The notes below the pieces were generated by a model. It did not search any database, had not been told where the DNA came from, and worked only from the letters and a program-made list of their open reading frames with translations. From Actinomycetota bacterium (lineage in GTDB: Bacteria; Actinomycetota; Geothermincolia; Geothermincolales; RBG-13-55-18), in assembly GCA_013178005.1 (NCBI GenBank), contig JABLXL010000002.1, forward strand, positions 15,220-79,219: 64,000 nucleotides of DNA, written 5' to 3'. Both the position numbers and the translations under genes were made by a program. Shown one piece after another: positions 32,584 to 42,682 of the stretch (positions are counted from its first letter, which is position 1; the number at the start of each line of letters is the position of its first letter).

Positions 32584-33726
32584 GTGATCTCGTTTGAGTT
32601 GAGCGAGGAGCAGAAGGCCATCACCAAGGTGGCCCACGAGTTCGCCGAGAAGGAGATCCGCCCCGTGGCGGCGGAATACGACGAGGAGGAAAAGTACCCC
32701 GAGCAATTCATCGAAAAGGCCTTCAAGGCCGGCATGACCTACCTGTACGTTCCCGAGGAATACGGCGGCCAGGGGATGGATTTCCTCACCGCCTGCCTGG
32801 TCAACGAGGAGCTCTCCTGGGGATGCTGCGGTTTTGCCACCATCCTGGGGGCTAACGGCCTGGGGGTCACCCCGCTCCTGGTTGCGGGCACGGAGGAACA
32901 GAAGGAGAAGTACCTCTCGGACCTAACCTCCCGTCCCTCGCTGGCCGCCATGGCGCTCACCGAGCCCGATGCCGGGTCGGATGCGGCGGGGGTGAAGACC
33001 AGCGCGGTGCGGGATGGGGATGTATACGTGCTCAACGGCACCAAGTGCTTCATCTCCAACGGCGGCATCGCCGACCTCACCACCGTTTACGCCGTCACCG
33101 ACCCCTCCAAGGGAGTGCGCGGTCTCTCCTGTTTCCTGGTCCCCAAGGGGAACCCCGGCATCAGCGGGGGCAAGAAGGAGCGCAAGATGGGGGTGCGCGC
33201 CTCGGTCACCTCGGAGGTCATCCTCTCCGACTGCCGCGTGCCGGTCGAGGACCGGCTGGGCGAGGAGGGGGAGGGCTTCAAGATCGCCATGAAGACCCTG
33301 GACAAGGCGAGGGTGAACGTGGCATCGAATTCGGTGGGCATCGCCCGCGCCGCCTTCGAGGCGGCGGTGGATTACGCCAAGCAGAGGGTGCAGTTCGGCC
33401 GTCCCATCGCCGAGAACCAGGCCATCCAGTTCATGCTTGCGGACATGTCCATGGAAATCGAGGCCGCCAGGCTCATGTACATGAAGGCCGCATGGCTGGA
33501 GACCCAGGGGGCGAACTTCACCCGCGAGGCGGCCTACGCCAAGACCTTCTGTTCGGACATGGCCATGCGCGTGACCACCGACGTGGTGCAGGTCTTCGGC
33601 GGGTACGGGTACATGCGCGACTACCCGGTGGAGAAGTACATGCGCGACGCCAAGATAAACCAGATCTGGGACGGCACCAACCAGATACAGCGGATCGTGA
33701 TGGCCCGCAGCATCCTGGGAAAATGA
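32584..33726 (+). CDS. Acyl-CoA dehydrogenase
   Basis: ALTEPDAGSD, NGTKCFISN, RVQFGRPI, FGGYGY and RDAKINQIWDGT motifs; GTG start after GGGAGG. Confidence 0.92.
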   Translation: MISFELSEEQKAITKVAHEFAEKEIRPVAAEYDEEEKYPEQFIEKAFKAGMTYLYVPEEYGGQGMDFLTACLVNEELSWGCCGFATILGANGLGVTPLLVAGTEEQKEKYLSDLTSRPSLAAMALTEPDAGSDAAGVKTSAVRDGDVYVLNGTKCFISNGGIADLTTVYAVTDPSKGVRGLSCFLVPKGNPGISGGKKERKMGVRASVTSEVILSDCRVPVEDRLGEEGEGFKIAMKTLDKARVNVASNSVGIARAAFEAAVDYAKQRVQFGRPIAENQAIQFMLADMSMEIEAARLMYMKAAWLETQGANFTREAAYAKTFCSDMAMRVTTDVVQVFGGYGYMRDYPVEKYMRDAKINQIWDGTNQIQRIVMARSILGK

Positions 33727-33932
33727 CCGGGTCCGCGCACGGGCGGTCCCCGTCGGCCCGGGAGTCCTTGACGGGCGGGAAGAGTTGCGCACATTATGAT
33801 GCATGTGAGCCGGGCAGCAGCCCGGCGGCATGGTCCGCGGCGCCCCGCGGATGAGATGCGCGGGGCGCGCGAGAGTGAGCAGACAGGGAGGGTTCTCCAC
33901 GGAGAAACGGATGAGGCAAGAGGAGGTTGAGC

Positions 33933-35087
33933 ATGGACTTTGAACTCTCTCAGGAGCAGAAGGCCTTCTTCAAGGAGGTCAAGGAGTTCGCGGAAAAGGA
34001 GATCGCGCCCTTCACGGAGGAATACGACCGCAACAGCGAGTTCTTCTGGGATGGCTGGAAAAAGATGGGAGCAATGGGCCTCCTGGGCCTTCCCTTCCCC
34101 GAGGAGTACGGAGGGTCCGACGCGGGGGCCCTGGACACCGCCATCGCCATGGATGCCTTCGCGGCGGGGGGAGGGGACGCCGGCGTGTCGCTTTCCTGGG
34201 GTGCCCATACCATCATCGGGGGCGTGCCCATCTGGGTGATGGGAAACGAGGAACAGAAGAAGAAGTACCTCCCCGGAATGTGCAGCGGCGAGAAGGTGAG
34301 CTGCTTCGGGCTCACCGAGCCGGACGCCGGTTCCGACGCCGCTTCCCTGAAGACCACCGCGGTGCGGGACGGCGACGAGTACGTCATCAACGGCTCCAAG
34401 ATGTTCATCACCAACGGCCCCATCTGCGACCTTTGCATCGTGATGGCGGTGACCGACAAGGAAAAGGGCGGCGCGGGCATCAGCGCCTTCATCGTGGAGC
34501 GCGACACCCCAGGCTTCGAGGTCAGCCGTGAGCTGGACAAGATGGGCAACCGCACCTCTCCCACCGCCGAGCTGGCCTTCAACGACTGCCGCGTCCCGGC
34601 GGAGAACCTGCTGGGAGCGGAAGGCGAGGGTTTCTACGGGGTGGGCAAGGCCACCCTGGAGTGGGAGCGTGCCATCATGGTGGCCCCGGCGGTGGGCGGC
34701 ATGGAGTGCAACATCAACCGCTGTATCGAGTACGCCAAGGAGAGAAAGCAGTTCGGCAGGCCCATCGGCAAGTTCCAGGCGGTGGCCTTCAAGATCGCGG
34801 AGATGAAGTGCCTTCTTGACGCGGCTCGCCTCCTGGTCTACCGCGTGGCCTGGATGAAGGACCAGGGCATCCCGGCCATGATGGAGGCCTGCGTGTGCAA
34901 GCTCTTCGTCACCGAGAGCGCTTTCAAGGTGGCCAACGAGGCGGTGCAGATCTTCGGAGGCTACGGCTACATCCGCGAGTACCCGGTAGAGCGCACCCTC
35001 AGAGACGCCAAGCTGGGAACCATCGGGGCCGGCACCTCGGAGATCCAGAAGATGATCATCAGCCGGCTGCTCATGGGCAAGTTCTAG
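33933..35087 (+). CDS. Acyl-CoA dehydrogenase (isovaleryl-CoA dehydrogenase-like placement of the catalytic Glu)
   Basis: LTEPDAGSD, NGSKMFITN, LEWER, RKQFG, FGGYGY and IGAGTSEIQ motifs. Confidence 0.92.
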   Translation: MDFELSQEQKAFFKEVKEFAEKEIAPFTEEYDRNSEFFWDGWKKMGAMGLLGLPFPEEYGGSDAGALDTAIAMDAFAAGGGDAGVSLSWGAHTIIGGVPIWVMGNEEQKKKYLPGMCSGEKVSCFGLTEPDAGSDAASLKTTAVRDGDEYVINGSKMFITNGPICDLCIVMAVTDKEKGGAGISAFIVERDTPGFEVSRELDKMGNRTSPTAELAFNDCRVPAENLLGAEGEGFYGVGKATLEWERAIMVAPAVGGMECNINRCIEYAKERKQFGRPIGKFQAVAFKIAEMKCLLDAARLLVYRVAWMKDQGIPAMMEACVCKLFVTESAFKVANEAVQIFGGYGYIREYPVERTLRDAKLGTIGAGTSEIQKMIISRLLMGKF

Positions 35088-35117
35088 CGACCGGGCGAGG
35101 GCGGGGGTTCGCCGGGC

Positions 35118-35396
35118 GTGCGCGTGACGGTGCGTCTCACCGGGATCATCCGGCACCATGCCGGGGTCAAGGAAAAGACGTACGAGCTACCCGAGGGAGC
35201 GGTCGCCGCGGATCTGCTGCACCGCGTGGGAGAGGACCTCGGCCACCGCATGCCGCGCCAGTTGTGGGACGCGGACGAAGGGCGCTTCCACCCCATAATC
35301 AAGGTCTCACGCCGCGGGACCCCGTTCCTCGAGGATGGCGACCCCTTGAGGGACGGGGACGAGGTGTATGTCATCTCCCGCATGGCGGGCGGGTAG
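35118..35396 (+). CDS. MoaD/ThiS-family sulfur carrier
   Basis: 92-aa beta-grasp protein ending LRDGDEVYVISRMAGG. Confidence 0.88.
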   Translation: MRVTVRLTGIIRHHAGVKEKTYELPEGAVAADLLHRVGEDLGHRMPRQLWDADEGRFHPIIKVSRRGTPFLEDGDPLRDGDEVYVISRMAGG

Positions 35397-35556
35397 GGAA
35401 CCCCGGCGCCCCGCCCCGGCGGAATCGCCGGGCCGGGAGGCGAAGGCGTCAAGGCGCCGCCGGCTTTCCGGACGGCGCGAAGCGTCCATGTGTGCGGCGC
35501 GAAGCCGGAGGATCCGTACGGAGATGTCCTGGGAGGGGTACGGAGCGTAGGGAGGC

Positions 35557-36933
35557 GTGATGAGCGATTACGACGCGATCGTGGTGGGCGCGGGCATCGC
35601 CGGCCTGGGGGTGGCCACGCAGTTGCAGCAGGCGGGCAAGAAGACCTTGCTCCTGGAGATGTACCCCAAGGCGGGGGGGCGCATGCAGTCCTACGACCTG
35701 CCCGGAGGGTACCGCGTGGATATCGGGCTGCACATGATCGAGATGGGCAAGAAGGGGTATTGTCACGAGCTGGGCACGCGCGTGGGCAAGGAGTTCGAGT
35801 GGGCCGCTTTCTCCGTCACCCTGGACCTCTACGAGGGGGGGAAGTGGCAGGACATGCAGACCTTCATCCAGCTCACCGACGAGGAGAAGACGAGCTTCAT
35901 AGAGCTCATGAAGGGCATCGCGGAGATGGGCGAGCCCGACTTCAAGGCATGGGACAGCCGCTCCTTCGACGAATGGCTGGACCGCAACGGCCTCACCGGC
36001 AGCCTGCGCGAGGTATGGGAGAACATGAGCATGATCATGACCACCATACCCGACGCCAGGGAGCAATCGGCGGGGGAGTGCCTATACATCGCCAGGGAGG
36101 CGTTGATTAAGGGCAGGGCGGTGCTCATCGCCGCCTATCCCCGGGGAGGCATGTGGGGCGTGATCGGTCCCCTGGTGGACGCGTTCCAGGAAATGGGAGG
36201 AGAGCTCAGGCTAGGAGCCCGCGTGGAGCAGGTGGTTTTCGAGGGCAGGAAGGTCGCGGGCGTGAAGGTTGCCCGCAGGGGATCCAACCCCATCGCCAAG
36301 GAATGGCGCTTCGTCTCCACCGACCTGGTTACCGCCCCCCTGGTGGTGCTGGCCCTTCCCATCTGGCACCTGGACAAGGTGCTTGATTTCGACCGCCGTT
36401 ACTCCCCGCTGCCGGGTTGGTGGTTGAAGCGCATCGAGGACATCAGGGGGGAGAGGACGGGGCTGCTGGGCTACATCATCGCCACCCGCAGGCCTCTGTA
36501 CGAGCGCACGGTGTTCATGTCCGCGCTGAAGTCGCCGCGCACCGGGCTGCCCCTGCAGGCCTTCGCGCCCACCGCCTTCGATCCCGGGGTGGCCCCGCCC
36601 GACCGTTACCTGCTGGTCACCGACAACGTCGCCGAGCCCTGGGAGCTGGAGGACAAGTTCAACCTGGCGCGGCTCATGGAGCAGCACTGGGAGGACGTGA
36701 AGGAACTCTACTCCTTCGAGGACGGGGAGGTTGAGTTCGCCGTTCCCTACTACACAACCGGGTGCGACGGCCTGGCGCGCAAGCCGGGACTAACCGGGGA
36801 TTTCAAACCGGACGTGCAGGCGCCCTCCGTGGACGGCCTCTTCTTCGCGGGCGATACCTACCTGGGCAGGGGGCTGGCCATAGAGGGGGCGTCACGGTCC
36901 GCCATTCTCTGCGCCGAGCGCATCCTGGGCTGA
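35557..36933 (+). CDS. FAD-dependent oxidoreductase, phytoene desaturase (CrtI)/amine oxidase superfamily
   Basis: IVVGAGIAGL, GGR, D.G.H, YPRGG and GLFFAGD motifs. Confidence 0.8.
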   Translation: MMSDYDAIVVGAGIAGLGVATQLQQAGKKTLLLEMYPKAGGRMQSYDLPGGYRVDIGLHMIEMGKKGYCHELGTRVGKEFEWAAFSVTLDLYEGGKWQDMQTFIQLTDEEKTSFIELMKGIAEMGEPDFKAWDSRSFDEWLDRNGLTGSLREVWENMSMIMTTIPDAREQSAGECLYIAREALIKGRAVLIAAYPRGGMWGVIGPLVDAFQEMGGELRLGARVEQVVFEGRKVAGVKVARRGSNPIAKEWRFVSTDLVTAPLVVLALPIWHLDKVLDFDRRYSPLPGWWLKRIEDIRGERTGLLGYIIATRRPLYERTVFMSALKSPRTGLPLQAFAPTAFDPGVAPPDRYLLVTDNVAEPWELEDKFNLARLMEQHWEDVKELYSFEDGEVEFAVPYYTTGCDGLARKPGLTGDFKPDVQAPSVDGLFFAGDTYLGRGLAIEGASRSAILCAERILG

Positions 36934-37032
36934 GGGCCGCGCGCGGAGCGCCCTCCCGTTCCGGCCGCGCGTGCTATCATGGGGAGCGTGTTCCCGAGTT
37001 CCTGCGAGAGGAAAGGAGATGCCTCGAAGGTC

Positions 37033-38529
37033 ATGTCCCCCGGGAGGCGTAAGCTGCGCGTGTTGATCGTCTCTGATGCCTGGGGATTCGGGCTCATGGA
37101 GACCAGGCCGCATCCCCTGTGGCAGGTCCGCTACTGGGCCATCCGCAACAAGGCCCTCCTGGTGCCCGAGTACGGGGCCATGTACATCGCCGCCTTCCTC
37201 AAGGGAAGGGGCTTGGACGTCGAGGTCGTCAACCTGGTAGCCGACGTCTTCGAGGACGAGTCCTGGTTCAGGGAGGTGGAGGAGGGGTTGCCGGAACACG
37301 CCCCGTCCACCGCTCCCATCGGGAGCGGGGAGGCGATGACGCGCGCGCGGGAGAACCTGGAGGCAAGGGTCAAGAGTGCACAGCCGGACGTCATCCTCTT
37401 CCCCATCTCCATCTATTACATAGCCTTGCACGCCCGCGAGATGCTGAAGCGCTTGCGGGAGCTGGCGCCCGGAGCGGCCCTGGTGGCCGGCGGTGTGTAT
37501 TCCACCATGCATCCCCAGGAGATCATGGACGACGGAGCCGCGGACTTCGTAGTGCGGGGAGAGGGGGAGTGGACCGCCCTGGAGCTGCTGCGGGCCCTGG
37601 AGGAAAGGGGATCGAACGCGGACTTCTCCGGCATCGCCGGCCTCAGCTGGCGAGACCCCGACGGAGGGGTGGTGCATAACCCGGACAGGGAGCGGGAGAA
37701 AAACATCGACCTCTTCCCCCACATCTATACCGTCTCCGAGGAGTTCGCCATCGGTAACCGCTACCGCATCCTGAAATCCCTGAACCCCCTGGACGACTAC
37801 ATCCCGGGAGGCGGGTTCCTCACCTCCCGCGGCTGCCCGGAGGAATGCACCTTCTGCCTCGACCCCGCGGTCTGGAAGAGGAAGACGCGGTTCCATTCCC
37901 CGGGGTACGTGCGCGAGGTTCTGGATTACTGCTGGGGAAATTTCACTGCGGGCGAGAGGAGCTTCTACTTCGGTGACGCCACCTTCGCCCTCAACCGCCC
38001 GCGACTACGGGCGCTCCTGGAGACGGTCCGGGAGTTCCCCTTCACCTACCACATCCAGACGCGCGCCGATTCGCTCACCCCGGAGGTGCTGGAGGGCCTG
38101 CGGGAGAGCAACTTCGGGAGCGTGGCCATCGGGGCGGAATCGTTCGATGACCGCATCCTGCGGGAGGTGGTGAAGAAGCGCACCACCAGGGAGGAGATCC
38201 TCGGCGCCGTGAGGGCGGTGAAAGCCCACGGCATGACCCCCATCCTCACCTTCATCGCCGGCCTGCCGGGGGAGAGCCGGGAGAGCATGGAGCGCACGGT
38301 GGAGATCCTGCGCCAGGAGGGGATTACCGAGGCGACCTTCTTCCCCCTGGTGGTCTTCCGGGGCACCGCGCTTTACCGCACCTTCCTGGAGACCTTCGGC
38401 GAGGAGGAGCGGGAACGCCTGCGCCTCAATCCCTGGTCGGAGGAATTCTGTTTCGCGGGCGAGGAGTTCTCCTCCATGCAGGAGCTCATCGACTATACCC
38501 AGACGCTCAACGACGCCATCCGCGCCTGA
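37033..38529 (+). CDS. B12-binding radical SAM protein
   Basis: YGAMYIAA, AGGVY, VVRGEGE, TSRGCPEECTFC (CxxxCxxC), IGAES and FIAGLPGE motifs. Start may be 36979. Confidence 0.88.
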   Translation: MSPGRRKLRVLIVSDAWGFGLMETRPHPLWQVRYWAIRNKALLVPEYGAMYIAAFLKGRGLDVEVVNLVADVFEDESWFREVEEGLPEHAPSTAPIGSGEAMTRARENLEARVKSAQPDVILFPISIYYIALHAREMLKRLRELAPGAALVAGGVYSTMHPQEIMDDGAADFVVRGEGEWTALELLRALEERGSNADFSGIAGLSWRDPDGGVVHNPDREREKNIDLFPHIYTVSEEFAIGNRYRILKSLNPLDDYIPGGGFLTSRGCPEECTFCLDPAVWKRKTRFHSPGYVREVLDYCWGNFTAGERSFYFGDATFALNRPRLRALLETVREFPFTYHIQTRADSLTPEVLEGLRESNFGSVAIGAESFDDRILREVVKKRTTREEILGAVRAVKAHGMTPILTFIAGLPGESRESMERTVEILRQEGITEATFFPLVVFRGTALYRTFLETFGEEERERLRLNPWSEEFCFAGEEFSSMQELIDYTQTLNDAIRA

Positions 38530-38655
38530 GTCCGCGCGCCCCCTCGACCCACAGCTTGATGCGCGGGCGAGGAGTTCTCCTCCATGCAGGAGCTCATCGA
38601 CTATACCCAGACGCTCAACGACGCCATCCGCGCCTGAGTCCGCGCGCCCCCTCGA
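38454..38655 (+). repeat. Identical 94-bp duplication spanning the radical SAM stop codon
   Basis: 38454-38547 equals 38562-38655; 14-bp spacer CCCACAGCTTGATG. Confidence 0.93.
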
Positions 38656-38750
38656 TTGGCGCGCTTTCGCGGGTGAGGATATTATAGGAGTAGAACACGG
38701 AGCACGTTGCCGAGTTTACGGGAAGGACGCTTCGCCGGGGAGTGAGGGAA

Positions 38751-39830
38751 ATGAACACCAAGGAGTTGAGGACCTTCGCGCGCAGCAGGATCTTCTCCAC
38801 TTTCGAGGAAAGGGCCGCCAAGGGGGGTTTCGACCGCGGTTTGTGGAGGGAGATGGCGGAGTCAGGGGTCGTCGGGATGGCCCTGGACAAACGGTACGGC
38901 GGCGGGGGAGCCGGGATGGGGGAATTCGTGGAATGCGTGTCCCTTCTCGCCGGCGAGGGCCTTGACCTGGGGCTGACCCTGAGCCTGATCGATCATGTCG
39001 TGCTCTGTGCCTACCCCCTGCAGGTCTTCGGCTCGAAGTGGTTGAAGGAGCGCTACCTGCCCCCGCTGTGCAAGGGCGACTGCATAGGGGCGGCGGCGGT
39101 TTCGGAGGATGACGGCGGCGGGGACCCGAAACGCATGCGGAGCTCGGCGGCGCGCGCGGGAGACGGCTATACCCTGAGCGGGGTCAAAGGACCGGTGACC
39201 AACGCCCCCGTGGCCGACCTCTTCCTGGTGGTGGCGGCCACCGATCCCGGCGCGGGGAAGGACGGGCTTTCCGCTTTCCTGGTGGAGAGGGCGGCTGGCG
39301 TGCGGGTGGAGGAGCTGGGGCTGGGATTTCTTCCCACCTCTCCCCACGGGCGCGTGATCCTGGACGGGGTGCGGGTCTCCGCGGATCACCTCCTGGGGGA
39401 AGAGGGGTGGGGGCACGAGAAGATCTCCCGCTCTCTCTTCATCTGGGAGAGGAGCGCCTTGATCCCGGTAGTGGTCTCGTACCTCGAGCGCTGGCATCAC
39501 CTGGTGGTTTCCAGCCTGGACCCCGAGGGCATCTCGCCCGATTTGCGCACTCTCCTGGCCCGCAGGAAGGTGGAGCTCACCGCGTACCGCGCCCTTGGTT
39601 CCCGACTCCTGGAACTCACCTTCGGCGAGGCGGAGAACGGGCGCGAGCGCCTGGAGCTCCTGCTCTTTTTCGGCAAAACCCTGCCGGAGTGGGTGGAGAG
39701 CATGCGCGCCGCGGTGGAGGAGGCCAGGGTGCCGCTGGACGAGACCCTGCGGGCCATGGACCGTGACCTGCGCCTCCTGGAGGTGGGCGGCTCACTTCTC
39801 GACTGGCAGTTCCAGAAACTCCTTTTCTGA
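38751..39830 (+). CDS. Atypical acyl-CoA dehydrogenase-like protein with a degenerate C-terminal domain
   Basis: ACAD-like N-terminal and middle domains (YGGGG, AVSE...GGD, GVKGPVTNAP, FIWER); no RxQFG or GGxG motif. Confidence 0.7.
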   Translation: MNTKELRTFARSRIFSTFEERAAKGGFDRGLWREMAESGVVGMALDKRYGGGGAGMGEFVECVSLLAGEGLDLGLTLSLIDHVVLCAYPLQVFGSKWLKERYLPPLCKGDCIGAAAVSEDDGGGDPKRMRSSAARAGDGYTLSGVKGPVTNAPVADLFLVVAATDPGAGKDGLSAFLVERAAGVRVEELGLGFLPTSPHGRVILDGVRVSADHLLGEEGWGHEKISRSLFIWERSALIPVVVSYLERWHHLVVSSLDPEGISPDLRTLLARRKVELTAYRALGSRLLELTFGEAENGRERLELLLFFGKTLPEWVESMRAAVEEARVPLDETLRAMDRDLRLLEVGGSLLDWQFQKLLF

Positions 39831-39840
39831 ACCTGCATGG

Positions 39841-40069
39841 TGCGGAATCGTCCCGGCGCGCTTCCCGGTCTTAAGAAGTCCCTGAAGACTTCCCCGTCAT
39901 CCTGACAGAGCAAGCAAGTTCGGCGGGGAAAAGAGTCGGTCCTCCGGGCGTTCAATCCGTGAACCATGTTGCCGGGTCCGTTCTCCGCATGCGGAATCGT
40001 CCCGGGGCGCTCTCCGGGTTGAAGAAATCCCGGGAGCCCTCCCAGTCATACTTACAAAGCAAGCAAACA
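39841..40069. repeat. Diverged ~80-bp direct repeat upstream of the glycyl-radical operon
   Basis: TGCGGAATCGTCCCGG...GTCAT...ACA.AGCAAGCAA at 39841 and 39990. Confidence 0.75.
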
Positions 40070-40282
40070 AGATAGTTGGGGAGGGAGAAGTATCCTACCG
40101 ATTAAGCCGGATTATACGGCGCTACGCTTGCCTTAACTTGGGTCAGGGAGCGCTTTTTGCTAACCTGTTAAGTGACGGGCGTCATTTCGCCACGGAGCGC
40201 GCGGATATATCCTGGCGACAGGAGCAGGCGTGTTCTTCGAGGCCGGGCGGGTCCGGCCGGAACCCTGGGAGGTGCGGAGAGG

Positions 40283-42682
40283 ATGAGGGAGAGCGAGGTC
40301 ATATCGCCCGAGCGGATATGGCGTGCGTCGGACAAGCTCACGCCGCGGGTGCGCAGGCTGCGCGAGGAATATTATTCCATCGAGGAAAGGCCGTACTTCC
40401 GCAACGAGGTCATGCCCTTCACCACCGGGACGGACTGGGACGTGGTGTGGTCCCCGGTGAACTGGGGCATCATCCCCGAGCTGGTGCCCTTCATGGGGGC
40501 TTTCTCCGAGTCGTTGCGCGCATCGGCCCGCGTGGTGGACCTGCCGGACGGCTTCTGGGGGCGTTCGCTGGTCATGCGGAAGGCCCTTTTCTTCCGGGAG
40601 GTATGCCGCCGCCACCTGCCGGTGCGTATCCTGGAGGGCGAGCTCATCGTGGGAGGCCAGTTCAACACCGCGCTTTCCAGGTGCCTGAACCGTCGTGAGG
40701 CCAGGAAATGGAAGAAATCGGTGGATAAGTGGTGGAAGCGGGCGGCGGAGATAAACGAGCTGGGCATCGGCAACGCCGGAGCGGTGCCGGGCCACCTCAT
40801 CCCGGATTATCCCCGCGTGCTCAAGTCCGGCTTCTCGGGCATCCGCGCGGAGCTCGCGGAGATGCTCGCGAAGGTCGATGACGAGGCCCACGCCGATTTC
40901 CTGCGTGCCCTCATGGAATGCTGCGATGCCGCGCGGGAGATCGCGGCGCGCTACGCGGAGGAGGCCGACAGGCTTGCGGAGTCGGAAGCGGACGCGGCCA
41001 GGGCGGAGGAGCTGCGCGAGATAGCGCGCATCTGCCGCAAGGTGCCCTGGGAGCCGGCGGAGACTTTCCACGAGGCACTGCAGGCGCTGTGGTTCACGCA
41101 CATGCTGGTCATGGCCGCGGAGTCCTATCCCGGGGCGGGGCTCTCCCACGGGCGCTTCGACCAGTACATGCTTCCCTATTACCGGGCCGACCTGGAGGCC
41201 GGGAGGCTCACGCGCGAGCGGGCTAAGGAACTGCTCCAGTGCTATTGGATAAAGCACAATTACGCCTATGACTTCCAGTGCCGGGTGATGAACAACCAGG
41301 GTATCAACTCCGGCTTCGGGCAGCTCATCACCATCGGGGGGATAAACGCGGACGGAAGCGACGCCTCCAACGAGCTCACCTGGCTGATCCTCGAGGTCAT
41401 CGAGGAGATGAACATGCTCGAGCCCAAGCCCAATATCAGGCTGCATCAGGGGACCCCGGAGCCGCTCCTGCGCAGGGTGGCGGAGATGATCTCCGGGGCG
41501 CAGGGCTCCCCCTTCCTCATGAACTTCGACGAGAACTCCATGCGCGGGCTCGCTTGGCAGGGTCTGCCCGAGGACCGCCTCTGGGATTATGCCCCCGTGG
41601 GATGCCTGGAGAACACTCTCCAGGGGGACGACCGGTCCGGCACCGTGGACGTCAACGTCAACCTGGCCAAGGCGGTGGAGCTGGTTTTCTTCCGCGGCCG
41701 GGACGCAGCAACCGGAAGGCGCATCGGGCCGGATACGGGCAGGGTGGAAGACCTTTCCACCTGGGAGGATTTCAAGGCCGCCTTCGAGGCCCAGATGAAG
41801 GCGCTCATGGACCACATGCTCTCCATCAGCGACGAGGCCGACCGCATCCGCTCCACCTGGGAGCCCACCCCCTACCTCTCTACCCTGGTGGGGGGTTGCG
41901 CGGAGAGCGGTAAGGACATCACCCAGGGAGGGGCGCGCCACAACTACATCACCGTGGAGGGCGTGGCCTTCGCCACCGCGGCGGATTCCCTGGCGGCGGT
42001 GAAGAAGCTGGTTTACGAGGACGGCAGGATCAAGATGGATGATCTTTCCAGGGCCATACGGGAGAACTTCGAGGGCCACGAGGCGCTGCGCCAGACCCTG
42101 ATCAACAAGGCCCCCAAGTACGGCAACGACGACGATTACGCCGACGAGGTGGCGCGATACCTCTCGCGGCTGTGGACGGTGATGGTCAGCGAGCGCGTGT
42201 CCCCGGCCACCGGTAGGAGATACCGCGCCGGTTACCTCTCGTGGAATTACTGGATAGCCTTCGCTCCCGGCACGGCGGCCACGCCCGACGGCAGGAGGAA
42301 GGGGACCTTCCTTTCCAACGCCATCGGCCCCGTGGACGGGACGTGCCACAACGGCCCCACGGCGGAGCTCCTCTCCGTGGGCAAGATGGGCCTGGAGACG
42401 GCGCCCAACGGCGCCTCCCACACCATGAGCTTCAGCCCTTCCATGCTGCGCGACGAGGAGCACGTGTCCAAGCTCATGGCCTTCCTGCGCGCCTACGGCG
42501 AGAAGGGAGGCACGGCGCTGCAGGTGAACGTCATCGACCCGGAGACCCTGCGCGAGGCGCAGCGCAGGCCCGAGGATTACCGCAACCTGCTGGTGCGCGT
42601 TACCGGATACAACGCGTATTTCGTCATGCTGGGCCGGGAGATGCAGGATGAGATCATCGCGAGGGAATCCCATGAGCTCTGA
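40283..42682 (+). CDS. Glycyl radical enzyme (PFL superfamily), substrate unassigned
   Basis: About 800 aa; GRFDQY, Cys loop PVGCLE, PKYGNDD, ATPDGR and Gly loop LLVRVTGYNAYF. Confidence 0.92.
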   Translation: MRESEVISPERIWRASDKLTPRVRRLREEYYSIEERPYFRNEVMPFTTGTDWDVVWSPVNWGIIPELVPFMGAFSESLRASARVVDLPDGFWGRSLVMRKALFFREVCRRHLPVRILEGELIVGGQFNTALSRCLNRREARKWKKSVDKWWKRAAEINELGIGNAGAVPGHLIPDYPRVLKSGFSGIRAELAEMLAKVDDEAHADFLRALMECCDAAREIAARYAEEADRLAESEADAARAEELREIARICRKVPWEPAETFHEALQALWFTHMLVMAAESYPGAGLSHGRFDQYMLPYYRADLEAGRLTRERAKELLQCYWIKHNYAYDFQCRVMNNQGINSGFGQLITIGGINADGSDASNELTWLILEVIEEMNMLEPKPNIRLHQGTPEPLLRRVAEMISGAQGSPFLMNFDENSMRGLAWQGLPEDRLWDYAPVGCLENTLQGDDRSGTVDVNVNLAKAVELVFFRGRDAATGRRIGPDTGRVEDLSTWEDFKAAFEAQMKALMDHMLSISDEADRIRSTWEPTPYLSTLVGGCAESGKDITQGGARHNYITVEGVAFATAADSLAAVKKLVYEDGRIKMDDLSRAIRENFEGHEALRQTLINKAPKYGNDDDYADEVARYLSRLWTVMVSERVSPATGRRYRAGYLSWNYWIAFAPGTAATPDGRRKGTFLSNAIGPVDGTCHNGPTAELLSVGKMGLETAPNGASHTMSFSPSMLRDEEHVSKLMAFLRAYGEKGGTALQVNVIDPETLREAQRRPEDYRNLLVRVTGYNAYFVMLGREMQDEIIARESHEL

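Noticed and set aside
31636..33726. 696-aa fusion ORF
   Set aside because: The N-terminal part is an off-frame overlap with the crotonase; the real ACAD starts at 32584 with its own RBS.
40283..42682. Pyruvate formate-lyase, benzylsuccinate synthase or CutC assignment
   Set aside because: No Cys-Cys pair, no CMSP loop or small subunits, and no BMC or cut genes nearby.
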